Shown here: piece by piece, positions 10,786 to 23,400 of the stretch
How the letters are laid out: every line of letters begins with the position of its first letter
How positions within the stretch are numbered: position 1 is the stretch's first letter
Assembly: GCA_020137815.1 (NCBI GenBank)
Contig: CM035355.1
Span: 5,704,001 to 5,768,000 of the forward strand
From: Hormiphora californensis
Lineage: Eukaryota > Animalia > Ctenophora
Direction of reading: 5' to 3'
Length of the DNA stretch: 64,000 bases
Position numbers and translations under genes: made by a program
The notes under the pieces: model-generated
Told to the model about the DNA's origin: nothing
Seen by the model: the letters and a program-made list of their open reading frames with translations, nothing else
Databases searched by the model: none

Positions 10786-11276
10786 ATATATATATATATA
10801 TATATAAGTATATATATATATATATTCTAGTACATAGTGCTAATCTACTTATCTATATAATCGAGAATCTTTATGATAATCCTATTTTGCTCACAAAAAG
10901 GAGTGTGTGTATGTTGATTTTGCCAATGTATACAATATAGATTTAATAATAATAATAATAGCAATGGAAGGCACCCAGATTTTAACGTTTTCCGAACCAA
11001 AGAAGCTTCTGCAGAATTCTGAAAACCCCGTACCGGCCCCGTTTTCTAATTCGGTTGCGCGTTACGCAGAGCAGTGCACACACAATTTCCTCGCGCGTTG
11101 ATGGTGTTTCCAATTGGTATATTTCCTCGATACCCCCCTCTGTAAAACACGATTTGCAACAACCGGTAGTACTACCGTCTACTTCTAGTATTACCAATGT
11201 CAGTCGGCCAGTGGCAGGGGAAATAATTGATACTTACTATTTAATTATCGAATAACGAGAAATGACTCATTCATTA

Positions 11277-11553
11277 GGGTCACCACACACCAAAGTTAAA
11301 ATTAAAATTAAAATTTTAATTTTAAACCCGCACACACCAGCGACCGTTAAAATTTCTCTCCCCATTCTAAAAGTAACAATCTCACGCACGATTTTGACGG
11401 TCGCGTTGGATGATAAAATTTTAACACGCCGTTAAAATCGCGCGCGAGATTGTTACTTTTAGAATGGGGGAGAGAAATTTTAACGGCCGCTGGTGTGTGC
11501 GGGTTTAAAATCAAAATTTTAATTTTAATTTTAACTTCGGTGTGTGGTGACCC
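11277..11553. mobile_element. Palindromic MITE, PIF/Harbinger-like
   Basis: GGGTCACCACACACC...GGTGTGTGGTGACCC, ~120-bp arms, TTA duplicated on both sides (11274-11276, 11554-11556). Confidence 0.85.
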
Positions 11554-12111
11554 TTATTAAAATTCAATTACAAATTAGCGTGGGAAACTGACAGCGCATC
11601 AATGTCACTCACTATACGATCACACTCGCACGTGCGTTTGAGCCGCGCACTGAGTAGATTATTCCATATACGGCACGGGCGAGCAGAACTGTGGCCTCGA
11701 CTGATCCCTGACTTCTAGTTCTTTCATTTGAACTTGTATTGGCTTTTTTGTTAGACCGGAAACGAGAGTTTGCCGTGCCTCTATATATATATACTCATTC
11801 AGAAATGTTAGGGCCGTTATTTGGGTTCGAGGTTAGGGGTTAGGGTAAAGGTAAGGGTTAGATATACTTATAGAGTCCTCCTTGGGTTTAGACTTTAGAT
11901 ATAGAGTTCTCCTACCGCCGCTGTAATTTTTGGATTCTAGTCGGTACCACGCATACTATTTAGTTAATGATGTAATATACTGTATAGACAATGACATGTA
12001 GAGCTTGTACTACATGTCTCACAATATCAATATCAATATAACTATTTAAGAGAGACTACAATGAGGTCTTGTGTGTTATACTTTGTCTGGCCCCATTGTG
12101 TGACGTATCAC

Positions 12112-12142
<31 letters not shown>

Positions 12143-12663
12143 GTATTGTTTAGGTACACACACGCACACACGTGTCATTTTGTGTAAAAACACACACACT
12201 TGTTTGGTAATATCATCATCATCACCCATGATGTGCCCCCCCATTTGATCGGTTGTTGCGGTTTGTGGCCTAATTTGTGGCAATTTGTGCTGTGTTTCTG
12301 GCTCAATGTTGTTAGCTTGTTAGTTGTCATTCCCTGTCAGCAGAATGCTTTACCGCTCTCCTTACTCCGCAATTGAAAGGGTCAAAAAAAGGGTCAGCAC
12401 GATGCACTGAGTTCCAGAGTTCTACAATATACAACCATCCATTATTTCTTGAGTTGTAGAATATCACAATTGTTGAATAAGCTGTTGCAATGCTTGAACT
12501 ACGGTTATACATGTCAACATGAACAGTTTGTGGTTATTTCATGTGTATAACAGGCAGGAGGAATATCTCTGACATCAACAGCTGTGTAACTGGAAAGTCA
12601 GGAATATCTCCGACATGTAATGGATCTGTTATCAGATACATTTCGACTTTATTTCCTGTCGGG

Positions 12664-12772
12664 CAGGAACCGACCAAATCAGGAAATACTGGTCCCTGAT
12701 TGGCTGATAACCAGTCACGTGACCTAAATAACGAGTTATGATTGGTTGTTTACTTGTTTCGGTCGGTTCCTG
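12664..12772 (+). mobile_element. 109-bp hAT-like MITE (CAGGAACCGACC...GGTCGGTTCCTG), copy 1 of 6
   Basis: 12-bp TIR; 8-bp TSD CTGTCGGG/CTATCGGG. Confidence 0.85.
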
Positions 12773-12994
12773 CTATCGGGCGTGTGTTTCTGACTTTGAG
12801 CAGCTCAGTGTGAGGTATATGAGGATGTACTACCTAACTTTCCCACCACACCTACCAGTCTTTAGTCTTTCTACAGCTAGTATACTTGACTATAACTAGC
12901 TTTCTGTAGACAGAGGTGGAGGAAAGAGAAGAAAGAGAATAGGAGATTAAGGAGACAACGGTACAGAAGGCGGCGTGCAGCAGGGAGGAGAGAG

Positions 12995-15352
12995 GTGATG
13001 AAGGCTAGAGTAGAGGAAATCTCCAAGTCGGTGGTTAGAAATTTGTCATCCCAAGAGATCCCGGATGAGGTCTATTTGTTTTTAGACAAGGGCCTTAACT
13101 TTGTGGAGGCGAAGTCGGTCAACAAACAGGACCTGCTGTTTGACACTAAGGACTTCCTCCGAAAGTTGGCATGGAAAGGTTTCTTTTTCCACAACACGAC
13201 AGATCTGGAGTTAGAGCCTAGGACGGATGGCGGTAACAACCGGCCGGACCTACATATTCCCTCAAGGAGCCATCCAGATTTTTCACACCCAGCCTTGGAT
13301 GATGTCCGGACGAGACTACTAGGCTATGTCAAAAATCTGGATAGCATACCGGCTAAACGGAACACCACTAATGCCGAGCGCCAAGGGAAGAATTGGCTCC
13401 TGAAAAAGGTTAGGGACGAGGTACTCTTTGTCACTAAAGCTGATAAAGGAGGGGCCACCCTGATACTTGATTATGACGTGGTCCTGGACACAATCCAGGA
13501 GGCCCTGAATGATGCGAGCGTTTTCGAAAGATTGGACTGCACAGTGGACGAGCATATGACTTTAACCACCAACTTGGTCAAAGATACTGTCCGGACAGAG
13601 CATGCCGCTGGTAGGATAGACAATTCGAATAAGAAGCTGATCACAGGGTTAAATGAGCGAGACAACATGGTAACTTCACCGGTGTTCCGCACGTCTATTC
13701 CTTATGTGTATCCCCTCTTTAAGATACATAAACTGAAACTGGAGGAAATAGAAAACCACGTCACACCCCCAGCGAGACTGGTCCACGCCACGAGACAAGG
13801 ACCGTTCTATAGACTGGAAAAATGGTTGGCACCAGAACTCTCGGAGCTAAGCCGCATGTACTGTGGAGAGGAGTTCATTTTAGATTCGGACCACCTACTC
13901 GGGCAGATAGATGAAATTGGAGGTGATTTAACAACGGGGACACGCCTCTTCACACTTGATGTTATTGCATTGTACCCCAGTATTGACCCTTCCCTAGCCC
14001 TAGAAGCTCTCGATGACGCTTTGAGGGTGTGCAGAACACCGCACAAGGTGGCGACTACGGTGAGAAACTTTACAGTTTTGATACTGAGGGAGTCATTTGT
14101 CACATTCGAGGGATCAGTGTACAAAGGCGTGAGAGGAATTCCAACGGGAAATTGTATTTCCCGCCAGATTGCAGATATAACGCTCCATTACCTTCTTTTC
14201 ATCAAACTGCCAGGCGCGATTCCTAAACAGGTTACATTTTGGAGACGTTTCATAGATGACGTTTTGGGTTTTTGGAGGGGAACAGAAAGGTCCTTTAGTG
14301 TATACATTGACCGTTTAAACTCCATGACGGCACCGCTCGGAATCGTTTTCGGAGATTCCCAAATAGGGACTGAAGTTAACTACCTGGACATCAAGTTCAA
14401 TCTCAGTAACACGGGCTTGGACTATACTTTGTTTAGGAAGGAGACTGATGCACGCCTCTATCTGAAGACAGACAGTTTCCATCCCCAACATGTCTTCAGA
14501 TCTGTTGTAATGTCCCAGATGATTCGAGTTGTTAACCGGAATTCTAGACCCTCACCTCTGAAAAGAGATTTAGACCAACTTAAGAGGGACTTGATGAGGA
14601 GTGGTCATGAGGAAGTGCTCCTGGAGGAAATGGAGCCCTTGGCGAAACGGAGGGCGACCGGTGAGGTAAGGATGGACAAACATGGTAAGGAGGAGGGTCA
14701 GACTTTGATATTCAGCACCCTCTACTATGAGGAGGTAGATGAACTTCGGGCCTTGGTGAGGGACTGTCAGACCAGTATCGACCTGGTGACAGGTACTAAA
14801 ACCCGGGTGATCATAGCACTCAGAAAAGGCCCTACTATTGGTAGCGAAATAGTTAGGAATAGGGCTATGAGCGTAAGTGAGGACACTCTGCACCAAATGT
14901 CAGTAGCTCCTCCGAACCAAAAGTGCGGTGGCAAGGGCTGTAAGACTTGCCCACTTATGTTTGAGGATCCTAAATCAGTGACGGTTAACGGCTCTCCTAC
15001 CAGATTGGACATGAGGTTAACATGCAAAGCAGCGGGGGTGATTTATGTCGCTAAATGTACAATTTGTGAGGAATGTTACTTTGGACAGACCCACTCACCC
15101 TTCCATATCCGGATAAACGGACACCGCTCGAAATTCAAAACCACCGGACTCGAATTTGAGCAAAGTGCTTTAGCGTACCACATGTTCCTAAAACACCGTA
15201 GCGCTAATAAGGACGATTTCACCATTAGCAATTTTAAAGTTGGTATTGTGAAGAGTGGTCGCGCAACCGATCTCGATAGATTGGAAGAGGGTTATATTGA
15301 CTCGTATGGAACTAGGTTGCAGGGTCTTAATCGTATCGCGGTCGTTCGTTAA
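12995..15352 (+). CDS. PLE reverse transcriptase plus GIY-YIG endonuclease
   Basis: KADKG, LFTLDVIALYPSI, GIPTGNCISRQIAD, WRRFIDD. Cys linker CGGKGCKTC (Neptune-like). VIYVAKCTICEECYFGQT...RINGH, H..KH, C-terminal GLN. Frame is open upstream into an Arg-rich stretch. Confidence 0.92.
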   Translation: MMKARVEEISKSVVRNLSSQEIPDEVYLFLDKGLNFVEAKSVNKQDLLFDTKDFLRKLAWKGFFFHNTTDLELEPRTDGGNNRPDLHIPSRSHPDFSHPALDDVRTRLLGYVKNLDSIPAKRNTTNAERQGKNWLLKKVRDEVLFVTKADKGGATLILDYDVVLDTIQEALNDASVFERLDCTVDEHMTLTTNLVKDTVRTEHAAGRIDNSNKKLITGLNERDNMVTSPVFRTSIPYVYPLFKIHKLKLEEIENHVTPPARLVHATRQGPFYRLEKWLAPELSELSRMYCGEEFILDSDHLLGQIDEIGGDLTTGTRLFTLDVIALYPSIDPSLALEALDDALRVCRTPHKVATTVRNFTVLILRESFVTFEGSVYKGVRGIPTGNCISRQIADITLHYLLFIKLPGAIPKQVTFWRRFIDDVLGFWRGTERSFSVYIDRLNSMTAPLGIVFGDSQIGTEVNYLDIKFNLSNTGLDYTLFRKETDARLYLKTDSFHPQHVFRSVVMSQMIRVVNRNSRPSPLKRDLDQLKRDLMRSGHEEVLLEEMEPLAKRRATGEVRMDKHGKEEGQTLIFSTLYYEEVDELRALVRDCQTSIDLVTGTKTRVIIALRKGPTIGSEIVRNRAMSVSEDTLHQMSVAPPNQKCGGKGCKTCPLMFEDPKSVTVNGSPTRLDMRLTCKAAGVIYVAKCTICEECYFGQTHSPFHIRINGHRSKFKTTGLEFEQSALAYHMFLKHRSANKDDFTISNFKVGIVKSGRATDLDRLEEGYIDSYGTRLQGLNRIAVVR

Positions 15353-15465
15353 TTTTTGGTCTGGGACGTCTCCCGAGTTTTTATCTTTGGCCTGTTTCAT
15401 TTTTTCTATATTTTTTTTCGCGTCGTTTTAGTTTTATCGTGTGTTTTCTAACATTTATCGTTGTA

Positions 15466-15511
15466 GGGATGTTACTGATGATGATTTAATATCGAAAGTG
15501 CTTTAACGCCC
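15466..15511 (+). ncRNA. Minimal type I hammerhead ribozyme (PLE-type)
   Basis: GGGATGTTA-CTGATGA-tGATttaatATC-GAAA-GTGC-TT-TAACGCCCC. Stem I GGGATGTTA/TAACGCCCC, short stem II, near-palindromic stem III AAGTGCTT. Confidence 0.72.
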
Positions 15512-15580
15512 CCAAATCTACTGTGTGTTCCTTCGACTCCAAACCATTTCATATCTTAGCTTTCTGTTCACTTCCCCCAC

Positions 15581-16085
<505 letters not shown>

Positions 16086-16427
16086 CCTTTTCTAACCCCG
16101 CTCTATCTAACAGCTCCAGCTTGCTCTCTAATCCAGCAGCTCTTGAAGTCTTGAAGCTTATTCACAGTTTAGTTTTGTACGTTGATTTTTAGCTTCTAGT
16201 TCTCTGTTTGTCCATGGAATTATCATCATGGGTTAGCCATGTTAGCGATGTTAGCGATGTTAGCGATGTTAGCTATGTTATTTGTTTTATAACAGATACA
16301 TATTTTGTTAGGTGAACGTACAGGCGCATCATGATTATTAAATTGTCTCCCCTAATTATTAATGTTTAATTAATTAGCAGTAATGAATATCAGATAAGAT
16401 CAGATACAGATAATTAATCCTTGTAAT

Positions 16428-17419
16428 ATGGGATTCCTATTCAGACTCGCATTAACCTGTAAGTTTAGGCCCCATCCCCTCCCCCTAAACTTAAGGGGAT
16501 GGGGCCACATTTGCGATTGCCAGCGCAGTGATTGTACTGCTATATGGTTATTGGTTGTGATAGTATTACCCAATACAATTACTAATTACTAATTACTAAC
16601 CACTCACTACTTCCTCAGTTGGTTTGGTTTGTGTGGCATGGGGAGCATGTCCAGCAGGCTCCTTCCAGAGAGACGGGCAATGCCGTAAGTGTAGTTTATC
16701 ACAACACCCAGTTCGAGAAAGTATCTCGATATTATCTCCCGTCGATATGATTATCTCGATATGATTTTAACCAATGAATTATCCCCCCCCCTTGCTCAGT
16801 ACAATGCCCCGCCGGTTACTATGGTAACGGGGTGACGTGTCTAGCGTGTCCTCTGAACAGTTACAGCGCAACAGCAGGGTCAACAGAATGTACAGAGTGT
16901 ACGGGAGACAAACAGACCCTGGAGAAAGCGTCTACAGATGCTACACAGTGTGTAGGTAGGTGTCAGAACTCAAGTGCTGGAAGAGTAATCTGCTACTGCA
17001 GTTATCCCTTAGTCACACGATAAGTTACACAATTTTAGTAGCACGGCTAGTCCAAGACAAGTTTTTAATCGTGGGTTCATGTTTTCTAGATTTGTGTGAG
17101 ATACCCGGGACATCAAGCAGCAGCTACAGACAGGTTACCGACAATGGAATCTTCACTGTCACTGAGGTACAAAGTGTTAACTTAGTGGTAACCATGGTAA
17201 CACTAAATGATAAATTAATGGTAACCATGGTAACACATTCTGGATCATATTGATGCCATCCCTAACACGTACTGCACCCATGCTTCCAGGGTGACCGTGT
17301 TGCAGTAGGTATAAAGGTGCTGTTTGTGTGTGATGCGGGGTACAAAGTGGATAACACGGATGCCACAACCAAGGAGATGACGTGTGCCACTGACCTGGAG
17401 CTACCAACATACTGCATCC
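16428..17419 (+). CDS. Host gene exons 1-5: signal peptide, GCC2/GCC3 (ephrin-receptor-like Cys-rich) repeat, Sushi-like domain
   Basis: CPAGYYGNGVTCLACPLNSYSATAGSTECTECTGDKQTLEKASTDATQC; VLFVCDAGYKV. Confidence 0.75.
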
Positions 17420-20400
17420 GTGAGTTTTTCAGCTGCTGTAAAGATTTAATTCTGGTCGTGGTTTAGATATAACTGTATTTTGGACTAATCTCGATTCTCG
17501 GAAGTTACTGGATTAGATTGGTTTAACCATTCCGAAGGTCACGGAGGAATACTGCTTAGTCCATAACTCTGAGCATAAAACTCTCTTCCTCCATTATAAA
17601 ATGACAATGTCACTTTTATTAATGTGGCTATTTAGGTTTAACTACAAGTGTAAAACTCAACAGTAAGTATGGACCATCGGGTCGCTATATTCGTCTGTGT
17701 GACATCGCAGTTTCTACTCTATCATTCTACCAACAGAGAGCGCGTCTAAAGAGCTAAACTTATCTTCTGTTATATTCATCTCTGGAATAATCACGTCTTT
17801 AAATCGATTGAATAATATGAAGAATCGATTTGCTATAATATCTTGTTTTTTGTAGAAGGCCTAAAAACCCAAATTTTATTTATTTATTTTGAACACTACA
17901 TCGTAACAAGCATGCTATTAGAGTCCCAAAAAACATAGGTGCACCCCCCACGGACCCAAGGTGAACCCAGGGGGACCCTCTCAAGTTGGGGCCCAGTTGG
18001 GGTCCCCTTGTAAACGCGCTTGTACTCCTTGAAATGCTAACAATATGATCCTCTCTGAAATTTGAAGTTTTGGGTAAAATTATCTTTGTGTTTCAGGTGA
18101 ATACATAATCTTTCTTGTCTCTGTATTCTGGTAATTTTTCTCCTAGTTTTGATAGGCTTAAATAATAATTGATGAGAAAAATTATGAAATATACTAAAAC
18201 ACAAGGATCATTTCTATCCTAAATTTTATATTTGAGAGAGGATCATATTGTTAGCATTTCAAGGAGTACAATCGCGTTTACAAGTGGACCCCAAATGGGC
18301 CCCAACTTGAGGGGCTCCCCCTGGGCTCACCTAGGGTCCATGTGGCGTGGGCCTATGTTTTTTGGGACTCCAATAGCATGCTTGATACGATGGAGTGTTC
18401 AAAATATATAAATAAAATTTGGGTTTTTAGGCCCTTTAACTCTATCAGTCACCATCGGTCAAGTGAGAGTTACTACAGTCGGTCTCTCAATTTCAAGCTT
18501 CTGCAATTAAACACCTATAATTATCTCTTTTAGGCATAAATGCAGCAACTCCTTCATAAACACATCATATCTTCTGGCAGTTAATCCTTCATAAACTCAC
18601 CGTACCTTCCACGATTTTTGCTCCTTCATAAACATATCTTATCATCTGATATTTGCTCCTTCATAAACATTAACACCAACTACCTACAGGTCTGGAGGCT
18701 AGTAAGAATGGCGAGGGGTACCTAGTTGAGGGCACTGACAAGACTTTAGACGTTGAGTGTCGAGTTTACCCCGCTACACAGACCACCTACTCCTCTGTCT
18801 ATTTCTTTAAAGACCAACAACTAGCAGCCGATCCAGGTAGCATTCACAAATTCCATGTGTTACTTTCGCTTGTAGGGCAGTACAAATCACTCATTCGAAG
18901 CCACTAGTTCCTATCAAATCACCCCAAGCTGATTCATAACATGTAATGTAGTCCTCTAAAAAGAGCTAAAGGGTCCCTTAACCGGTCGGGCTTCTTCTCA
19001 CCTGCCCCTCTTTCCCTACACAGAGGTGGACCTGGTTGAGGTTGGTGGAGTGACTGAGTACAAGAGCGCTACAAGGACGGTATCAGATGCGGGGGTCTGG
19101 GAGTGTGTCCTAGGAAATACCTACTCTGCCTCTGTAAATCTACCTGTCACTGCTGCCAGCATTGCTTCACTAAGTAAGTAAAGTACCGACCTTGGGTCAG
19201 TTAAGTAGTAAGTGAGTAAAGTTCTGCACGTTTATTAATTACATTTTACACTTTGTGACTAGATCCCACTAACCCACTTCCCTCCTACAGCACTATCTCT
19301 GGAGAAAGAGTCTGACATTCCAACACCCCTAACCACCAGTTATACCATCTCCTGTGTCACAGAATATCTGAAAACCATGGCTCTACCCTCCATGTCGCTC
19401 CTTCTCAACGACAAAGCTGTCTCCTCCCTGTCGTCTAGCATTGGGGATGGGACCTACAGTGTCGCTAAAACCTACAGCGGGGTTGGAGTTACAGCAGCCA
19501 TAGCAGGAGAGTACTCGTAAGTTTAATAGATCTGGGATGACTCTGAAGTTCATCACCCTCACTGTCACCCTAACTGACGATACCGTATCGGACCACGATT
19601 TATCGGGATGATCGGGGGAATTTTCCCGTTAAATACTAGGGGTCCGTGGTGAACTGCTGTTTGTAAATTTAATAAATATAGGCCCCGGGCGCTTGCCAGC
19701 GCTATGATGTACAAGAGCACATGAGTTGCTGGTGTGTGAGAGTGTTTCCTACTGATGATATGCTGGTAGTCTGGGTTTGTTTGTTCGTTAGTCAGTAGAG
19801 AGTGAGGTATCAGAGTGTGAAATATAGAGAGTGAGTAGAGCTCTACTCATCATCAACAACATCATCAACATCATCAACAACATCATCATCATTCTCGGAT
19901 CTCTATAGAGATCCGAGAATGATGATGATGTTGTTGGGGAGAGATCAATATACTTAAAGCATTCACCAACAACCTGAATATTGAGTAGCTGTTGGTATAT
20001 TAGGAGAGATTGTTGTCTTAACTAGGAGAGAGGGGGAGAGTGGGCGAGGCATATAGGAGAGATTGTTATCTTAACTAGGAGAGAGGGGGAGAGTGGGCGA
20101 GGCATATAGGAGAGATTGTTATCTTAACTAGGAGAGAAGGGGGGAGTGGGCGAGGTTGTTGGTATTATAGGAGAGATTGTTATCTTAACTAGGAGAGAGA
20201 GAAGGGGGGAGTGGGCGAGGCAGAAATAGAAATACAGTTGATAAATATAGATAGTCGATAGAGAGAGCAAAATAGTACAGCTATGTACTAAGTAAACATT
20301 ACAAAGTGGTAGCAATTATTTATTTACCAATTTGAAGTGTGATCATATCTGTATGATCAGTATGAAACTGAAAATGATCAAGCCTTATTTCCAATTTTAT

Positions 20401-23400
20401 TGTTTCGGATGTCTAGCTGAGGTACAGCTACCTTATTATAACTCTCCTTCTTCTCTATACAGATGTGAGGTAGACTGGGAGATAACTGATGGAGCAGGGA
20501 TCCAATCAGAGGACACACAAACCATTGTGGAGTTTTTTGGTAAGTTTAGAGAGCCCTGGGAGTCATATTGAACCCTGTGCTCTCTGTGAAGCTAAAGAGA
20601 TATGTGAGCAGAGATCGCACCATAGTGCACTAGGGGTGCCAATATGCTACAATATACAGTTCTAACACACCTTGTTCTTCACAGATTTTAAGTCGGAGTA
20701 CCCCGGTCGTGTTGGTGATAGTGGATCACCAACCTTATTGGCAAAGGGGGACGCAGTTATCACTCTATCCTGTGAAACGTTCCCTATATCAGGTACATTC
20801 ATATTGTGGCATAGCTTAATCGGCCCAACTTCCCCTTTAGCCTTCCGGGCGGTCCGGCTTCCAGCTCAGCTTACTACCCTTTCCCGTTTCTACCCTTTTA
20901 GAATAAACCTCTAACCACTTACCCACTATAATATCCCATATTAGGAGGCACCCAGCCGGAGGTCTACTTCCATGTTGACAGTGTAAAGGAGGCTAACCCC
21001 TCAACGACCCACATAATCACTGTCAGTAAGGAGACAACAGAAGTGTTCTGTACAGCAACTCTCCTTCGCCATGTCACCTATAACCTCCAAAACAGTCACC
21101 GTTACACGAACAGGTGAGTTTGTTAGAATTTATACCTCAGGAATGTCTCAAGAATCTAAGAAACTTTGCCACTTTGACCTCCTAATCTCTGAGAAACTTT
21201 GCCACTTTGACCTCCTAATCTCTAAGAAACTTTCCCACTTTTACCCACCTATAAATCTCTAAGAAACTTTCCCACTTTGACCCATCTTATCTCTAAGAAA
21301 CTTTCCCACTTTGAACCTCCTCATCTCTAAGAAACTTTCCCACTTTGACCCAACTAATCTCTAAAAAAATTCCCACTTTGACCCTCCTTATCTCTAAGAA
21401 ACTTTCTCCATTTTGACCCTCCTTATCTCTAAGAAACTTTCCCACTTTGACCCTCCTTATCTCTAAGAAACTTTCCCACTTTGAACCTCCTTATCTCTAA
21501 GAAACTTTCCCACTTTGACCCTCCTTATCTCTAAGAAACTTTCCCACTTTGACCCTCCTTATCTCTAAGAAACTTTCCCACTTTGACCCTCCTTATCTCT
21601 AAGAAACTTTCCCACTTTGACCCTCCTTATCTCTAAGAAACTTTCCCACTTTGACCCTCCTTATCTCTAAGAAACTTTCCCACTTTGACCCTCCTTATCT
21701 CTAAGAAACTTTCCCACTTTGAACCTCCTTATCTCTAAGAAACTTTCCCACTTTGACCCTCCTTATCTCTAAGAAACTTTCCCACTTTGACCCTCCTTAT
21801 CTCTAAGAAACTTTCCCACTTTGAACCTCCTCATCTTTAAGAAACTTTCCCACTTTGACCCTCCTTATCTCTAGGAAACTTTCCAACTTTGACCTCCTTA
21901 TCTCTAAGAAACTTTCCCACTTTGAACCTTCTCATCTTTAAGAAACTTTCCCACTTTGACCCTCCTTATCTCTAAGAAACTTTCCCACTTTGACCCTCCT
22001 TATCTCTAAGAAACTTTCCCACTTTGAACCTCCTTATCTCTAAGAAACTTTCCCACTTTGAACCTCCTTATCTCTATTTAACTTTCCCACTTTGAACCTC
22101 CTTATCTCTAAGAAACTTTCCCATTTTGACCCTCCTTATCTCTAAGAAACTTTCCCACTTTGACCCTCCTTATCTTTAAGAAACTTTCCCATTTGAACCT
22201 CCTTATCTCTAAGAAACTTTCCCACTTTGACTCTCCTTATCTCTAAGAAACTTTCCCACTTTGAACCTCCTTATCTCTAAGAAACTTTCCCACTTTGACC
22301 CTCCTTATCTCTAAGAAACTTTCCCATTTGAACCTCCTTATCTCTAAGAAACTTTCTCACTTTCACCCTCCTTATCTCTAAGAAACTTTCCCACTTTGAC
22401 CCTCCTTATCTCTAAGAAACTTTCCCACTTTGAACCTCCTTATCTCTAAGAAATTTTCCCACTTTGACTCTCCTTATCTCTAAGAAACTTTCCCACTTTG
22501 ACCCTCCTTATCTCTAAGAAATTTTCCCACTTTGCAACCCTCCTTATCTCTAAGAAACTTCCCACTTTGACCCTCCTTATCTCTAAGAAACTTTCCCACT
22601 TTGAACCTCCTTATCTCTAAGAAACTTTCCCATTTTGACCCTCCTTATCTCTAAGAAACTTTCCCATTTTGACCCTCCTTATCTCTAAGAAACTTTCCCA
22701 ATTTGACCCTCCTTATCTCTAAGAAACTTTCCCACTTTGACCCTCCTTATCTCTAAGAAACTTTCTCACTTTGACCCTCCTTATCTTTAAGAAACTTTCC
22801 CATTTGAACCTCCTTATCTCTAAGAAACTTTCCCACTTTGACTCTCCTTATCTCTAAGAAACTTTTCCACTTTGACTCTCCTTATCTCTAAAAAACTTTC
22901 CCACTTTGAACCTCCTTATCTCTAAGAAACTTTCCCACTTTGACCCTCCTTATCTCTAAGAAACTTTCCCACTTTGACCCTCCTTATCTCTAAGAAACGT
23001 TCTCACTTTGACCCTCCTTATCTTTAAGAAACTTTCCCATTTGAACCTCCTTATCTCTAAGAAACTTTCCCAATTTGACCCTCCTTATCTCTAAGAAACT
23101 TTCCCACTTTGACCCTCCTTATCTCTAAGAAACTTTCTCACTTTGACCCTCCTTATCTCTAAGAAACTTTCCCACTTTGAACCTCCTTATCTCTAAGAAA
23201 TTTTCCCACTTTGACTCTCCTTATCTCTAAGAAACTTTCCCACTTTGACCCTCCTTATCTCTAAGAAACTTTCCCACTTTGAACCTCCTTTTCTCTAAGA
23301 AACTTTCCCACTTTGACCCTCCTTATCTCTAAGAAACTTTCCCACTTTGAACCTCCTTATCTCTAAGAAACTTTCCCACTTTGACCCTCCTTATCTCTAA

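Larger units (their letters stand above)
12901..15511 (+). mobile_element. Penelope-like retroelement, Neptune-type, probably 5'-truncated
   Basis: RT plus GIY-YIG ORF, 3' hammerhead motif, adjacent to CT-rich microsatellites. Confidence 0.88.

Noticed and set aside
11825-11865. Telomere
   Set aside because: Degenerate TTAGGG-like units inside a dispersed MITE (also near 30345), not a terminal array.
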